A stretch of DNA of 32,000 nucleotides from Zymomonas mobilis subsp. mobilis ATCC 10988 (lineage in GTDB: Bacteria; Pseudomonadota; Alphaproteobacteria; Sphingomonadales; Sphingomonadaceae), in NCBI RefSeq assembly GCF_000175255.2, contig NC_017262.1, positions 1 to 32,000 of the forward strand, in the 5' to 3' direction. The position numbers and the translations under genes are program-made. This document shows positions 1 through 8,878 of the stretch, piece by piece. Position 1 is the first letter of the stretch; each line of letters opens with the position of its first letter. The notes under the pieces were generated by a model. The model saw nothing but the letters and a program-made list of their open reading frames with translations, made no database searches and had not been told where the DNA came from.

Positions 1-273
1 ATTTTTAAGACTCTTGTCGCTTCCCCCTTGATTGGCGGGGATTGCTCTTCCAAAAAGCAAGAACATACCGGATCATATTTGAGTCTGTTATTTAGGCTTC
101 AATAGACAAAGAATCAGATATGTCGGGTCTCCGCGACAAGAGGCTCAAGAGCGCAAAAGCTGTCTTTTCAAAAGATACAGTTTGCCGGAAATACACTCTC
201 CATTGATACAAGGCAAAGCAAAGCGGGGTAGTAGAATAGCGTGCTGAATCCAGTGCAAAAAGAAGGTGGAGAT

Positions 274-1728
274 ATGCAGCCCCCGTCACAGGACTGGGCT
301 TCATTACTGCCAGCTGCATGGAGCGAAGCGCGCCAGATATTGCGCAAAAAATGCGGCAGCCGGACTTTTGAAAGCTGGCTTAAATCCCTGATGCTTGCCG
401 ATTTTGATAGCCAGAAAAAAATCATTCGCTTGGCTTGCCCCAGCGAATTTATGGCTAACTGGATATCCTCTCATCTGTCAGATGAGCTTTTGCTGGCATG
501 GCGGACAGTCTGGCCGGGCATTGCCGAAGTCAAGGTCAGCGTCCGTAACCCAGAATCGCAACCTTTGCTCCTCGATGTTACCGAAATAGAATTACCGCTA
601 GGGGATCAACCTCGCCCATTGCCGAAAAAACCGGCAAAGAAAAAACAATCTGTTCCCGCCACACCCAAAAGCACTAGCCCTGAAAAAAAGGCGGAGGGTG
701 AGGATCAAAATCAATTCGAAGAACGCTATAATTTCGACAATTTTGTTGTCGGTAAAGCAAATGATCTAGCCTATCGGGCGGCTTGCACTTTTGCCGAAGG
801 TGGCAAACTCGATTTCAATCCGCTTTTTCTCTATGGCGGAACGGGGCTTGGAAAAACCCATCTCATGCATGCCGTGGGCATTGAATATCTCAAACGGCAT
901 CCGAACAGCACGGCTTTGTATATGTCGGCTGAAAAATTCATGTATGATTTTGTCGCTTCGATGCGCGCCAAGGATACCCATAGCTTCAAAGCCCGCCTGC
1001 GTTCTGCCGATCTTCTGATGATTGATGATGTCCAATTCATTGCCGGAAAGGATTCCACACAGGAAGAATTCTTTCACACAATGAACGAGGTCATCACCGC
1101 TGGCCGTCGTCTGGTTATTTCTGCCGATCGCAGCCCACAAGATCTTGAACGGATTGAAAGCCGTATTCTATCCCGTTTGTCATGGGGCTTGGTGGCTGAT
1201 GTCAATCCGGCCGATTTCGAGTTGAGATTAAATATTATCCTCAAAAAACTCGAAGCCATGCCACAGGTCTCAATGCCAGAAGATATCGTTTTCTTTCTGG
1301 CCAAACGGATTTGTACCAATGTGCGGGAATTGGAAGGCGCGCTTAATCGGGTGGTTGCCTATGCAACGCTTTCCAATCGCCCCATCAATATGGATTTCGT
1401 TACCGAAACCTTGGCCGATCTCCTTCGGACAACGCAACAGCGCGTAACGGTTGAAGATATTCAAAAACGGGTTTGTGACCATTATCACCTTAAATTAGCG
1501 GATATGAGTTCTAAAAGACGGGACAGGGTTATTGCTCGCCCACGCCAAGTTGCGATGTATCTTTCAAAGCAACTTACTTCCCGTTCATTACCAGAAATCG
1601 GGCAACGTTTTGGTGGGCGCGATCACACCACGGTTATTCATGCCATTCGGCAGATAGAAAAGCTGCGGATAACGGATGAAGATGTCGATTCGGATGTCCG
1701 TTTGCTGATGCGCCAATTTGAAGGCTAA
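274..1728 (+). CDS. dnaA: Chromosomal replication initiator protein DnaA
   Basis: ORF 241..1728; the ATG at 274 follows an AAGAAGGTGGAG ribosome-binding sequence. Walker A GGTGLGKTH, LLMIDDVQFIAGK, and C-terminal DnaA-box binding motif GQRFGGRDHTTVIHAIRQIE. Confidence 0.97.
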   Translation: MQPPSQDWASLLPAAWSEARQILRKKCGSRTFESWLKSLMLADFDSQKKIIRLACPSEFMANWISSHLSDELLLAWRTVWPGIAEVKVSVRNPESQPLLLDVTEIELPLGDQPRPLPKKPAKKKQSVPATPKSTSPEKKAEGEDQNQFEERYNFDNFVVGKANDLAYRAACTFAEGGKLDFNPLFLYGGTGLGKTHLMHAVGIEYLKRHPNSTALYMSAEKFMYDFVASMRAKDTHSFKARLRSADLLMIDDVQFIAGKDSTQEEFFHTMNEVITAGRRLVISADRSPQDLERIESRILSRLSWGLVADVNPADFELRLNIILKKLEAMPQVSMPEDIVFFLAKRICTNVRELEGALNRVVAYATLSNRPINMDFVTETLADLLRTTQQRVTVEDIQKRVCDHYHLKLADMSSKRRDRVIARPRQVAMYLSKQLTSRSLPEIGQRFGGRDHTTVIHAIRQIEKLRITDEDVDSDVRLLMRQFEG

Positions 1729-1822
1729 CCGCTTTTTTTAGAATAAGGGTTGAATGCCTCGCTTGTGATTTTTATGAATCACTTTCTTTCCTATTCCCGA
1801 CCAACCATCCGAATTGAGAATT

Positions 1823-3688
1823 ATGCTTAGTTTTTCGGCTATTACTGTCCGGCTTGGAGGCCAACTTATCCTTGATCAGGCCACGGCCAGCCTACCACCC
1901 GGTAGCCATGTCGGCTTAATCGGTCGTAACGGGGCAGGGAAGTCAACCTTAATGAAGGTGGTTGCCGGTTTATTGGAAGCCGACAGCGGCGAATTATCCA
2001 TGCCGCGCGGGACACGGATCGGCTATATAGCACAGGAAGCGCCCGAAGGATCAGCCACGCCTTATGAAACTGTATTGGCGGCTGATGAAGAACGTTCGCG
2101 CCTGATGGAAGCAAGCGAAACGGAAAGCGATCTTGAAAAACTGGCCGAAATTCATGAAAGACTGAACACGATTGATGCTTATACCGCGCCAGCAAGGGCA
2201 GCGCGTATTCTGGCTGGTCTTGGTTTTGACGAAACTATGCAGCATCAACCGCTTTCGGCTTTTTCAGGTGGTTGGCGGATGCGGGTCGCCTTGGGCGCAC
2301 TTTTATTCTCAGCGCCTGATCTGTTGCTGTTGGATGAACCTTCCAACCATCTTGATTTGGAAGCCGTGCTTTGGCTTGAAAACTTTCTGCGGGGATATCG
2401 TGGGACGTTACTTTTAATCAGTCACGAACGCGATTTTCTGAATAAGGTTGCCGACCATATTTTGCATTTACAGCAAGGCAAGCTGACCCTTTATCCGGGG
2501 GGATATGATGCTTTTGAAAGACAGCGGGCAGAAAGACTCTCCCAACTCGAATCGGCACGTAATCGGCAATTAGCCGAAAGGGAAAAATTACAAAGTTTTG
2601 TCAATCGTTGGCGGACAAAAGCTCATTCTGCCCGTCAGGCACAAAGCCGGATGAAAGCACTGGAAAGAATGGAACCGATTGCCGCTGCGGTCGAAGATCC
2701 ATCACTCAGCTTTTCTTTTCCAAGTCCCGATGACAATCTGAAACCGCCTTTAATCACGCTAGATCAAGCTGCGGTCGGTTATGATGACAAGCCGATTTTG
2801 ACCAAGCTTAATCTGCGCATCGACCCTGATGACCGAATCGCGTTCATCGGTCGGAACGGTAACGGTAAGACAACCTTGGCAAAGCTGATTGTTGGCCAAT
2901 TGCCTACAGTCGATGGCCAGATGGTTACTTCTTCCAAGATAAAGGTAGGCTATTTCACCCAATATCAAGTGGAAGAACTGGATGTTGACGATAGTCCGCT
3001 GGACCATATGACGCGGCTTATGCCGGGCGCGTCAACAACAGCCGTGCGGTCACAATTAGGGCGTTTTGGTTTTTCGGGTGATAAAGCGACCCAAAAAGTG
3101 GGCAGCATGTCTGGTGGTGAAAGGGCAAGATTGGCCTTGGCATTGATTACCCGCGACGCACCTCATCTGCTTATTTTGGACGAACCAACGAACCATCTTG
3201 ATGTAGATGTTCGGCAAGCCTTGATCGAGGCTTTGGCTGATTATCAGGGCGCCGTTATCATCGTTTCCCATGATCGCCATATGTTAGAATTAACTGCAGA
3301 CCGCCTCATTTTGGTCGATAATGGTAAAGCCACTGATTTCGATGGCGATTTGAATGATTATACCAATTTCATTTTAGGCAAATCTGATAAACCCACCTCA
3401 GATGCTCCGGTAAAAGCACAAGATAAAAAAGCCGACAAGCGCGCTAGGGCAGAAAAAAGGCAACAAAACAAAGCCTTGCGCGATGAAATCAAAAAACTTG
3501 AAGGTGAAATCAGCAAGTTAACTTCTCGCAGAAGCGAGATAGATCAGGCTTTATTTGATCCCGATCAGGCCTCTCCCAAGGACAAAAAACTGACCGTTAC
3601 CCAGTTAATGAAGTCGCGCGCTGATATTGAAGACGAAATCAATAAAAAAGAAGCGATCTGGCTCGAAAAAAGCGAAATGCTTGAATAG
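1823..3688 (+). CDS. ABC-F family ATP-binding protein (YheS/Uup-like) with C-terminal coiled coil
   Basis: Two ABC domains: Walker A GRNGAGKST and GRNGNGKTT; signatures LSAFSGGWRMR and VGSMSGGERARL. Inter-domain linker FVNRWRTKAHSARQAQSRMKALERME. No transmembrane domain. TTG at 1814 is the ORF-track start; ATG at 1823 is more likely. Confidence 0.93.
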   Translation: MLSFSAITVRLGGQLILDQATASLPPGSHVGLIGRNGAGKSTLMKVVAGLLEADSGELSMPRGTRIGYIAQEAPEGSATPYETVLAADEERSRLMEASETESDLEKLAEIHERLNTIDAYTAPARAARILAGLGFDETMQHQPLSAFSGGWRMRVALGALLFSAPDLLLLDEPSNHLDLEAVLWLENFLRGYRGTLLLISHERDFLNKVADHILHLQQGKLTLYPGGYDAFERQRAERLSQLESARNRQLAEREKLQSFVNRWRTKAHSARQAQSRMKALERMEPIAAAVEDPSLSFSFPSPDDNLKPPLITLDQAAVGYDDKPILTKLNLRIDPDDRIAFIGRNGNGKTTLAKLIVGQLPTVDGQMVTSSKIKVGYFTQYQVEELDVDDSPLDHMTRLMPGASTTAVRSQLGRFGFSGDKATQKVGSMSGGERARLALALITRDAPHLLILDEPTNHLDVDVRQALIEALADYQGAVIIVSHDRHMLELTADRLILVDNGKATDFDGDLNDYTNFILGKSDKPTSDAPVKAQDKKADKRARAEKRQQNKALRDEIKKLEGEISKLTSRRSEIDQALFDPDQASPKDKKLTVTQLMKSRADIEDEINKKEAIWLEKSEMLE

Positions 3689-3723
3689 CTTGGGTGAAAT
3701 ATCACTTTTTATCTAGCGTGTAG

Positions 3724-3747
3724 GCGGGTTCTTTTCTAAAAGCCCGC
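3724..3747 (+). terminator. Weak candidate hairpin downstream of the ABC-F gene
   Basis: GCGGGTT...AAGCCCGC stem with one G-U pair about 35 bp after the stop codon; no strong T tract. Confidence 0.35.
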
Positions 3748-4103
3748 TTCCATGCTCAAGGAAAGCGCTATAGATATCCCACTCTCTTGGATGTCAACTG
3801 CGTTATAAAAGTCTCTATTCGCGGTAAAAGGGACTAATCCGCAAAAAGATGTCGCTTTTTATTTTATTTTTTTGCGTTTCTAACTAAAACTACTATGACA
3901 AAACAAACTAGCTTGAAATTTCTTTTAAGATTTCTTTGAAGAAATCGCTGGTTCGATTATGCGTAATTAGGCAAAAACACGCTTTTCGTTTGATATGCGA
4001 TGCTTTTTGGCAACATTTTGAGCTATATGTGTGCTTGCACCGCTCGCTTGCTTTGTTTAGTTACGATAGTAATCCGTAAGGGTTTGATTGAAAGGGGATG
4101 ACA

Positions 4104-5195
4104 ATGCGTAAGCTGGCCATTGTGGCTGCGCTCGCCTCTAGCGCAATAGCTGCACCGGCGCTCGCTCGCGACGGTGCTTGGTATGTCAGCGTCGACGGCG
4201 GTGGTCTGTTCGTCGAAGACATACATTATAAACTTCCGAACGCCCAGTCTGCTAGAATGGGTAACAAAGCAGGCTATGATGTCGACGCCAATGTTGGTTA
4301 CGACTTCGGGCCGTTCCGTGTTGAAGGTGAAGCTGCCTACAAAAGCTCCAATAATGGGAACTTTTCGGCAGGTGGTACCACGGCTAAAAGCCATGGTTCA
4401 ACCGATGTCTTGAGCTTCATGTTGAACGGTATGTTCGACTTTGGCGGCAAAAATGACGGTGTTTCCGGCTTTATCGGAGGCGGTGTCGGTGTCGCTCGCG
4501 TCGCACTTAACCATTATTCATTAGGTGGCGGTAACAGCTTCGCCAACGATAACGATGCCCATTTCGCATGGCAGGTCATCGCTGGTATCCGTAAGCCGGT
4601 CACCAAAATGATCGACTTCGAACTGAAGTATCGTTTCTTCAACGTAAACGGTTTGAATTTCCGGACGACCGACATGGGCAACATGTCTGGCCGCTATCGT
4701 TCGCATAGCGTCTTGGCCGGTCTGGTCTTCAACTTCGGTGAACCGAAGGCTGCTCAGCCTGCGCCTCCTCCGATGCCGGCTCCTCCGCCTCCGACGCCAC
4801 CGGCGCCTCCGCCCCCCGAAGAACCGCCTGCGCCACCGGTCCCAGCTATTCCGGGGCCGTTCCTGGTGTTCTTCGACTTTGATAAGTATAACATTACGCC
4901 AGAAGCGGCTTCTATCCTCGACAACGTTGCGTCTTCCTACGCCCAGACTGGGCAGGCTCGCGTGGTTGTTGCTGGTTACACCGATACCGCAGGTCCGGCT
5001 AAATACAACATGGGTCTGTCACAGCGTCGTGCAGATTCTGTTAAAGCTTATCTGGTCGGCAAGGGTGTTCCTGACGATGCAATGGCTACCGAAGCTTACG
5101 GTAAAACGCATCTTCTGGTTCAGACGGCTGATGGTGTTCGTGAACCTCAGAACCGTCGCGTCGAAATCACTTTCGGCCCGGGTTCAGGTCAGTAA
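4104..5195 (+). CDS. Outer-membrane beta-barrel protein with proline-rich hinge and C-terminal OmpA-like peptidoglycan-binding domain
   Basis: ORF 4098..5195; AAAGGGG precedes ATG 4104. Signal peptide MRKLAIVAALASSAIAAPALA, barrel-like alternating strands, long PAPPPMPAPPPP hinge, FFDFDKYNITPEAASILDNVA...VVVAGYTDTAG...NRRVEI OmpA domain. Confidence 0.93.
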   Translation: MRKLAIVAALASSAIAAPALARDGAWYVSVDGGGLFVEDIHYKLPNAQSARMGNKAGYDVDANVGYDFGPFRVEGEAAYKSSNNGNFSAGGTTAKSHGSTDVLSFMLNGMFDFGGKNDGVSGFIGGGVGVARVALNHYSLGGGNSFANDNDAHFAWQVIAGIRKPVTKMIDFELKYRFFNVNGLNFRTTDMGNMSGRYRSHSVLAGLVFNFGEPKAAQPAPPPMPAPPPPTPPAPPPPEEPPAPPVPAIPGPFLVFFDFDKYNITPEAASILDNVASSYAQTGQARVVVAGYTDTAGPAKYNMGLSQRRADSVKAYLVGKGVPDDAMATEAYGKTHLLVQTADGVREPQNRRVEITFGPGSGQ

Positions 5196-5221
5196 TTTTC
5201 ACTGCCTTTTTAGGCTTCAAC

Positions 5222-5256
5222 AAAAAAAGGCCGGTCATTTTGACTGGCCTTTTTTT
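5222..5256 (+). terminator. Rho-independent terminator of the OmpA-like gene
   Basis: AAAAAAAGGCCGGTCATTTTGACTGGCCTTTTTTT, near-perfect stem with T tract, 26 nt after the stop codon. Confidence 0.92.
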
Positions 5257-5368
5257 ATCTTTTGCAGTCTACTTCCTTGTCGCTCTTTGCCTTTTCGACA
5301 AAATACAGAATGTAACTGTCTTTATGGGCATGATGAGGCTAAGCTCTTTTCATAACAAAAGATAAGAG

Positions 5369-5938
5369 GTGCCTCTCATGGGTAATCTTCAACAGTTAGC
5401 TCTCGATGCAGATATCGCCGCAGTGAAACAGCAAGAAAAATTGCTGCGCTTACCGGAATTTAATGAAGATATTGCATGGCAACTCGGCTCTTATATTCGC
5501 CAGATTGCTGTTCAGAAAAACTACCCGATTGCGATTACCGTCGCCCGTTTTAATCAGCCGCTTTTTTATTGTGCTATGCCCAACAGCTCACCCGACAATA
5601 AAAATTGGCTCCGACGGAAAGCCGCAACAGTCGCCCATTATTACACCAGTTCCTATGCCGTTGGCCTAAAGTTGAAGAAAAAAGGCGTTACAACCTTATC
5701 TGGCTATGGCCTCGATGATAAAGATTACGCCACGCATGGTGGGGCTTTTCCAATCACGGTAGAAAAGGCTGGTATTGTTGGATATATTGCCGTTTCAGGC
5801 TTAGATCAAAGAGACGATCACGCTCTTGTCGTTCAAGCCTTGGCTGTTCATCTTGGCCTTCCGGCTGAAAAAACAGCGCTCGAATATCTGACCCAAGATA
5901 GCCTTGGCAAGGCAAGACTTGATGAAACCATTGTCTGA
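5369..5938 (+). CDS. UPF0303/HbpS-like (GlcG/DUF336-type) heme-degrading-domain family protein
   Basis: 189 aa; resembles UPF0303 proteins (RKAATVAHYYTSSYAVG..., DYATHGGAFPITV...GIVGYIAVSGLDQRDDHALVVQAL). Confidence 0.75.
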   Translation: MPLMGNLQQLALDADIAAVKQQEKLLRLPEFNEDIAWQLGSYIRQIAVQKNYPIAITVARFNQPLFYCAMPNSSPDNKNWLRRKAATVAHYYTSSYAVGLKLKKKGVTTLSGYGLDDKDYATHGGAFPITVEKAGIVGYIAVSGLDQRDDHALVVQALAVHLGLPAEKTALEYLTQDSLGKARLDETIV

Positions 5939-6168
5939 CGATATCACTTGTTATAAAATTTGATATCCTCAACAATTTGTTACAATCTTATTCATCATAG
6001 TATAACAATTCGTTGAATATAATTTCTCTGCATTCAGGTCAAAATACGACCTATTTTGCCTGTCAGAGGCGTTATTTTCTGGAAAAAAGTTATCTTATAT
6101 CGGCTTGAAACCTCCTATTCTCATGCTGATATAGGTAGCAACAATATCTCAATTGGAGATTATCTATT

Positions 6169-6897
6169 ATGGCAAATTGGAATGATTCCCGGATGACCGT
6201 GACGGAATCTGCTGCGCGTGGCCGTAACGGAGCTTCGGAGCGGGACGCCGGTCTTCGCTCCTATATGCTTTCGGTTTATAATTATATGGCTGGCGGTGTA
6301 TTGCTTACCGGCATTGTTGCCTATCTTGTGGCACATTCAGCCTTAGGCGCGGCCATTATTTTCTCACCTTTGCGTTGGCTGGTTATTCTGGCGCCGCTGG
6401 CTTTTGTTTTCGCCCTTAGCGCTGGTGTAAACCGCTTCAAGCTTTCGACGTTAAAAACGCTTTTCTGGTCTTATGCGGCCGTCATGGGACTTTCGATGGC
6501 GGTGATTTTCTTCGTCTATACCGGCACGTCTATTGCCCAGACCTTTTTTGCAACGGCTGCTGCCTTTGCAGGGCTCAGTGTTTTTGGCTATCTGACGAAG
6601 AAGGACTTGTCTGGTATTGGTAGCTTCCTGATTATGGCTGTTTTCGGCTTGATCGTAGCCTCTTTACTGAACATGTTCATTCACTCTTCATCGCTGCAAT
6701 TCGGTATCAGTGCTTTAGGCGTGCTTATTTTTGCTGGCCTTACCGCTTATGATACGCAGCAAATCAAAAGCATGTATTTCATGACTTCTGGTGGTGAATA
6801 CGCCGGTAAAATGGCAGTGATGGGCGCTTTAAGCCTCTATCTGGACTTCATCAATATGTTCAGCTTCCTGCTGAACTTCATGGGTGACCGTCGCTAA
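6169..6897 (+). CDS. Bax inhibitor-1 / YccA family integral membrane protein
   Basis: 242 aa, about 7 hydrophobic segments; GLTAYDTQQIKSMYF and GALSLYLDFINMFSFLLNFMGDRR are typical of the family. GGAG ribosome-binding site at 6155. Confidence 0.92.
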   Translation: MANWNDSRMTVTESAARGRNGASERDAGLRSYMLSVYNYMAGGVLLTGIVAYLVAHSALGAAIIFSPLRWLVILAPLAFVFALSAGVNRFKLSTLKTLFWSYAAVMGLSMAVIFFVYTGTSIAQTFFATAAAFAGLSVFGYLTKKDLSGIGSFLIMAVFGLIVASLLNMFIHSSSLQFGISALGVLIFAGLTAYDTQQIKSMYFMTSGGEYAGKMAVMGALSLYLDFINMFSFLLNFMGDRR

Positions 6898-6922
6898 TCA
6901 CCTTAATTGATTGCTAAAAAAG

Positions 6923-6953
6923 AAAAGCCCGAAATTCTGTTTCGGGCTTTTTT
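6923..6953 (+). terminator. Rho-independent terminator between convergent genes
   Basis: AAAAGCCCGAAATTCTGTTTCGGGCTTTTTT immediately after the stop of the BI-1 gene. Confidence 0.9.
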
Positions 6954-6987
6954 AGTATAAAGAGTAAATTTTCAGGCTTTAAGCGCT

Positions 6988-7992
6988 TTATTTCGGCTGT
7001 TGATTGGCCTTTTGGGTAACGTTGGGTTTCGTAGAAGAGGCCACCGCTTGCTCTTTCTCTAACTTTTGCTCTCCCTTATTGATTTTATGAAGCAGGCTTT
7101 CTTTGGGATTAAGGTTAGCTGCCAAAAATTCAGCGCTACGCTTCCACGCCTCATTTGCAGCCACTTCATTATAAGCAGGCTGGGTTTCATTCATAAAACC
7201 ATGTCCGGCATTGGGATAAAAATAACATTCCAATGGCACAGAGGCGCTTTTTAGGGCTGACACCCAATTTAAAGCCGCCGCATTAACCGCAGAATCCGAT
7301 GTGCCGAAATGAAGCTGTAACGGCGCTTTGATATGGGCAGCTTCATTCATAGGGGGCGTCTCGCTATAATAAGCGACTGCTGCCGCTAACGCATCTTGGG
7401 CTTGCGCAGCAGTATATTGAGCCAGTTTGCCACCCCAACCAAAACCGATAGCTCCGACTTTTCCTGTAGAATAGCGCTGATTTTTAAGCCAATCGACCGT
7501 CATCGCGGCATCTTTGACAAGCCATGACCAATCGACACCCCTTAGCAAGGCGCGTGTTTTGGCCGGATCGTCCGGCATACCACCCCAAGCAGACAGAAAA
7601 TCCGGTGCCAAGGCAATATAGCCATTCAATGCCATTTTACGGGTATATTCCCGCGTGGCAAAATCCAGCCCTTGCTCGTCATGGATAATGAGAACAGTCG
7701 GTAATTTATTTCTGGCAGCGGCCGGTACCGCAATATAGCCATGCATCAATTCCCCATTGGTAACCCGCCAATTAACCCGATGGGTATTCAGCAAAGGATT
7801 ATCGTCCCCTTTATCAATCGGAAAAGGGAAGGACTTCTTTGCAGGGGGATTTTCTTCTGCTGCCAAAGCGCGTCCTATAACCGTCTCTGATAACAGACCA
7901 GCCGTCCCAAATTGTAGAATTGCTTTTCCAAGACGGCGGCGGTTAATCGCCTGATCTCTTATTTTGTCTAAAAAAAGGCCTTTTAAAGCCAT
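6988..7992 (-). CDS. Dienelactone hydrolase family protein, Tat-like leader, probably exported; nucleophile Cys replaced by Gly
   Basis: N-terminus NRRRLGKAILQFGTAGLLSETVIGRALAAEE; alpha/beta hydrolase landmarks VLIIHDEQGLD, KVGAIGFGWGGKLAQ, NAGHGFMNE. Confidence 0.85.
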   Translation of the reverse strand: MALKGLFLDKIRDQAINRRRLGKAILQFGTAGLLSETVIGRALAAEENPPAKKSFPFPIDKGDDNPLLNTHRVNWRVTNGELMHGYIAVPAAARNKLPTVLIIHDEQGLDFATREYTRKMALNGYIALAPDFLSAWGGMPDDPAKTRALLRGVDWSWLVKDAAMTVDWLKNQRYSTGKVGAIGFGWGGKLAQYTAAQAQDALAAAVAYYSETPPMNEAAHIKAPLQLHFGTSDSAVNAAALNWVSALKSASVPLECYFYPNAGHGFMNETQPAYNEVAANEAWKRSAEFLAANLNPKESLLHKINKGEQKLEKEQAVASSTKPNVTQKANQQPK

Positions 7993-8004
7993 AAAAAACC
8001 TCTT

Positions 8005-8766
8005 CTAAATAGCACCATCGACAGCCGACAAGTCTTCTTTCAAAAGTCGGTTAATCAAATCTTCGGCACAACGATTTAAAGCCTCGCGATCGACCGAGCG
8101 GATTACCAGATTGACTCCACCGCTGCCATTTCGGAAAAAAGGATAGCTTCCCAATTTGCAGAGGGCATGATCTTTCTCGGTTTCTTGCAAGATTTTGGCA
8201 ATCTGGCTTTCACCATTCCAGCTTCCGACAGTGCGGGATAGAACAGGTTTCCCACCGGATAAAGTGCCGTTCAGACTTTCAAGCATGGCTGTTACAATTT
8301 TAGGCACACCGGCCATGATAAAAATATTGCCGATACGGACACCGGGCGCACCAGAAACCGGATTTTTAATCAGTGTTGCTCCTTCTGGTGTTCTTGCCAT
8401 CCGGAGCCGGGCAGGGGTCACACCGCCACGATCGGCATAATAGGCGTCAAGACAGGCTTTGGCCTCGGGATGAATAATAACGGGAAGCCTCAAAGCCTGA
8501 CTGATAGATTCTACAGTAATATCGTCATGGGTCGGGCCAATGCCACCAGTTGTAAATAAATAGTCATGATTGTCTTTCAGGGCGAGAACGGCCTCTCCAA
8601 TGGCCTGACTGTCGTCAGGAATAACCCGAACTTCCGCTAACCTGATTCCCTGCATGTTCAACCATGAAGCAATCTGGGCAATATTTCGATCTTCGGTGCG
8701 TCCAGACAAAATTTCATCACCGATAACCAACAAAGCGGCCGTCCATACGCGATTATTTGTTGTCAT
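8005..8766 (-). CDS. CinA/MoaB-type molybdopterin-binding domain protein (stand-alone, no PncC domain)
   Basis: ALLVIGDEILSGRTEDRN and FTTGGIGPTHDDITVESISQAL motifs; 253 aa, no C-terminal nicotinamide-nucleotide amidase region. Confidence 0.9.
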   Translation of the reverse strand: MTTNNRVWTAALLVIGDEILSGRTEDRNIAQIASWLNMQGIRLAEVRVIPDDSQAIGEAVLALKDNHDYLFTTGGIGPTHDDITVESISQALRLPVIIHPEAKACLDAYYADRGGVTPARLRMARTPEGATLIKNPVSGAPGVRIGNIFIMAGVPKIVTAMLESLNGTLSGGKPVLSRTVGSWNGESQIAKILQETEKDHALCKLGSYPFFRNGSGGVNLVIRSVDREALNRCAEDLINRLLKEDLSAVDGAI

Positions 8767-8878
8767 TTTCAGTCCGTCCTTTTCCTCTTTCCTCTGATGC
8801 GGCAGATATTCCGAATCCGAAAACGGAATATGTTAATGCGGCTCGCAAAGGGAAAGCTTATTGGTTATAGCAGAAGTT

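Noticed and set aside
1-240. Possible replication origin next to dnaA
   Set aside because: No cluster of TTATCCACA-like DnaA boxes or AT-rich 13-mers recognised, and dnaA is often away from the origin in alphaproteobacteria.
766-1140. 124-aa minus-strand ORF inside dnaA
   Set aside because: Antisense shadow ORF of a conserved gene; no independent support.
4023-4394. 123-aa minus-strand ORF antisense to the start of the OmpA-like gene
   Set aside because: Antisense to a signal-peptide-bearing gene with a good ribosome-binding site; no recognisable motifs.
4738-5355. 205-aa plus-strand ORF inside the OmpA-like gene
   Set aside because: Arg/Leu-rich translation of the alternate frame of a proline-rich repeat (GCC/TCC codons); the OmpA frame is clearly the real one, and this ORF also runs through its terminator.
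7066-7254. 62-aa plus-strand ORF inside the dienelactone-hydrolase-family gene and other 60-100 aa ORFs in the track
   Set aside because: All lie antisense or out of frame within well-supported genes, without family motifs or convincing ribosome-binding sites.
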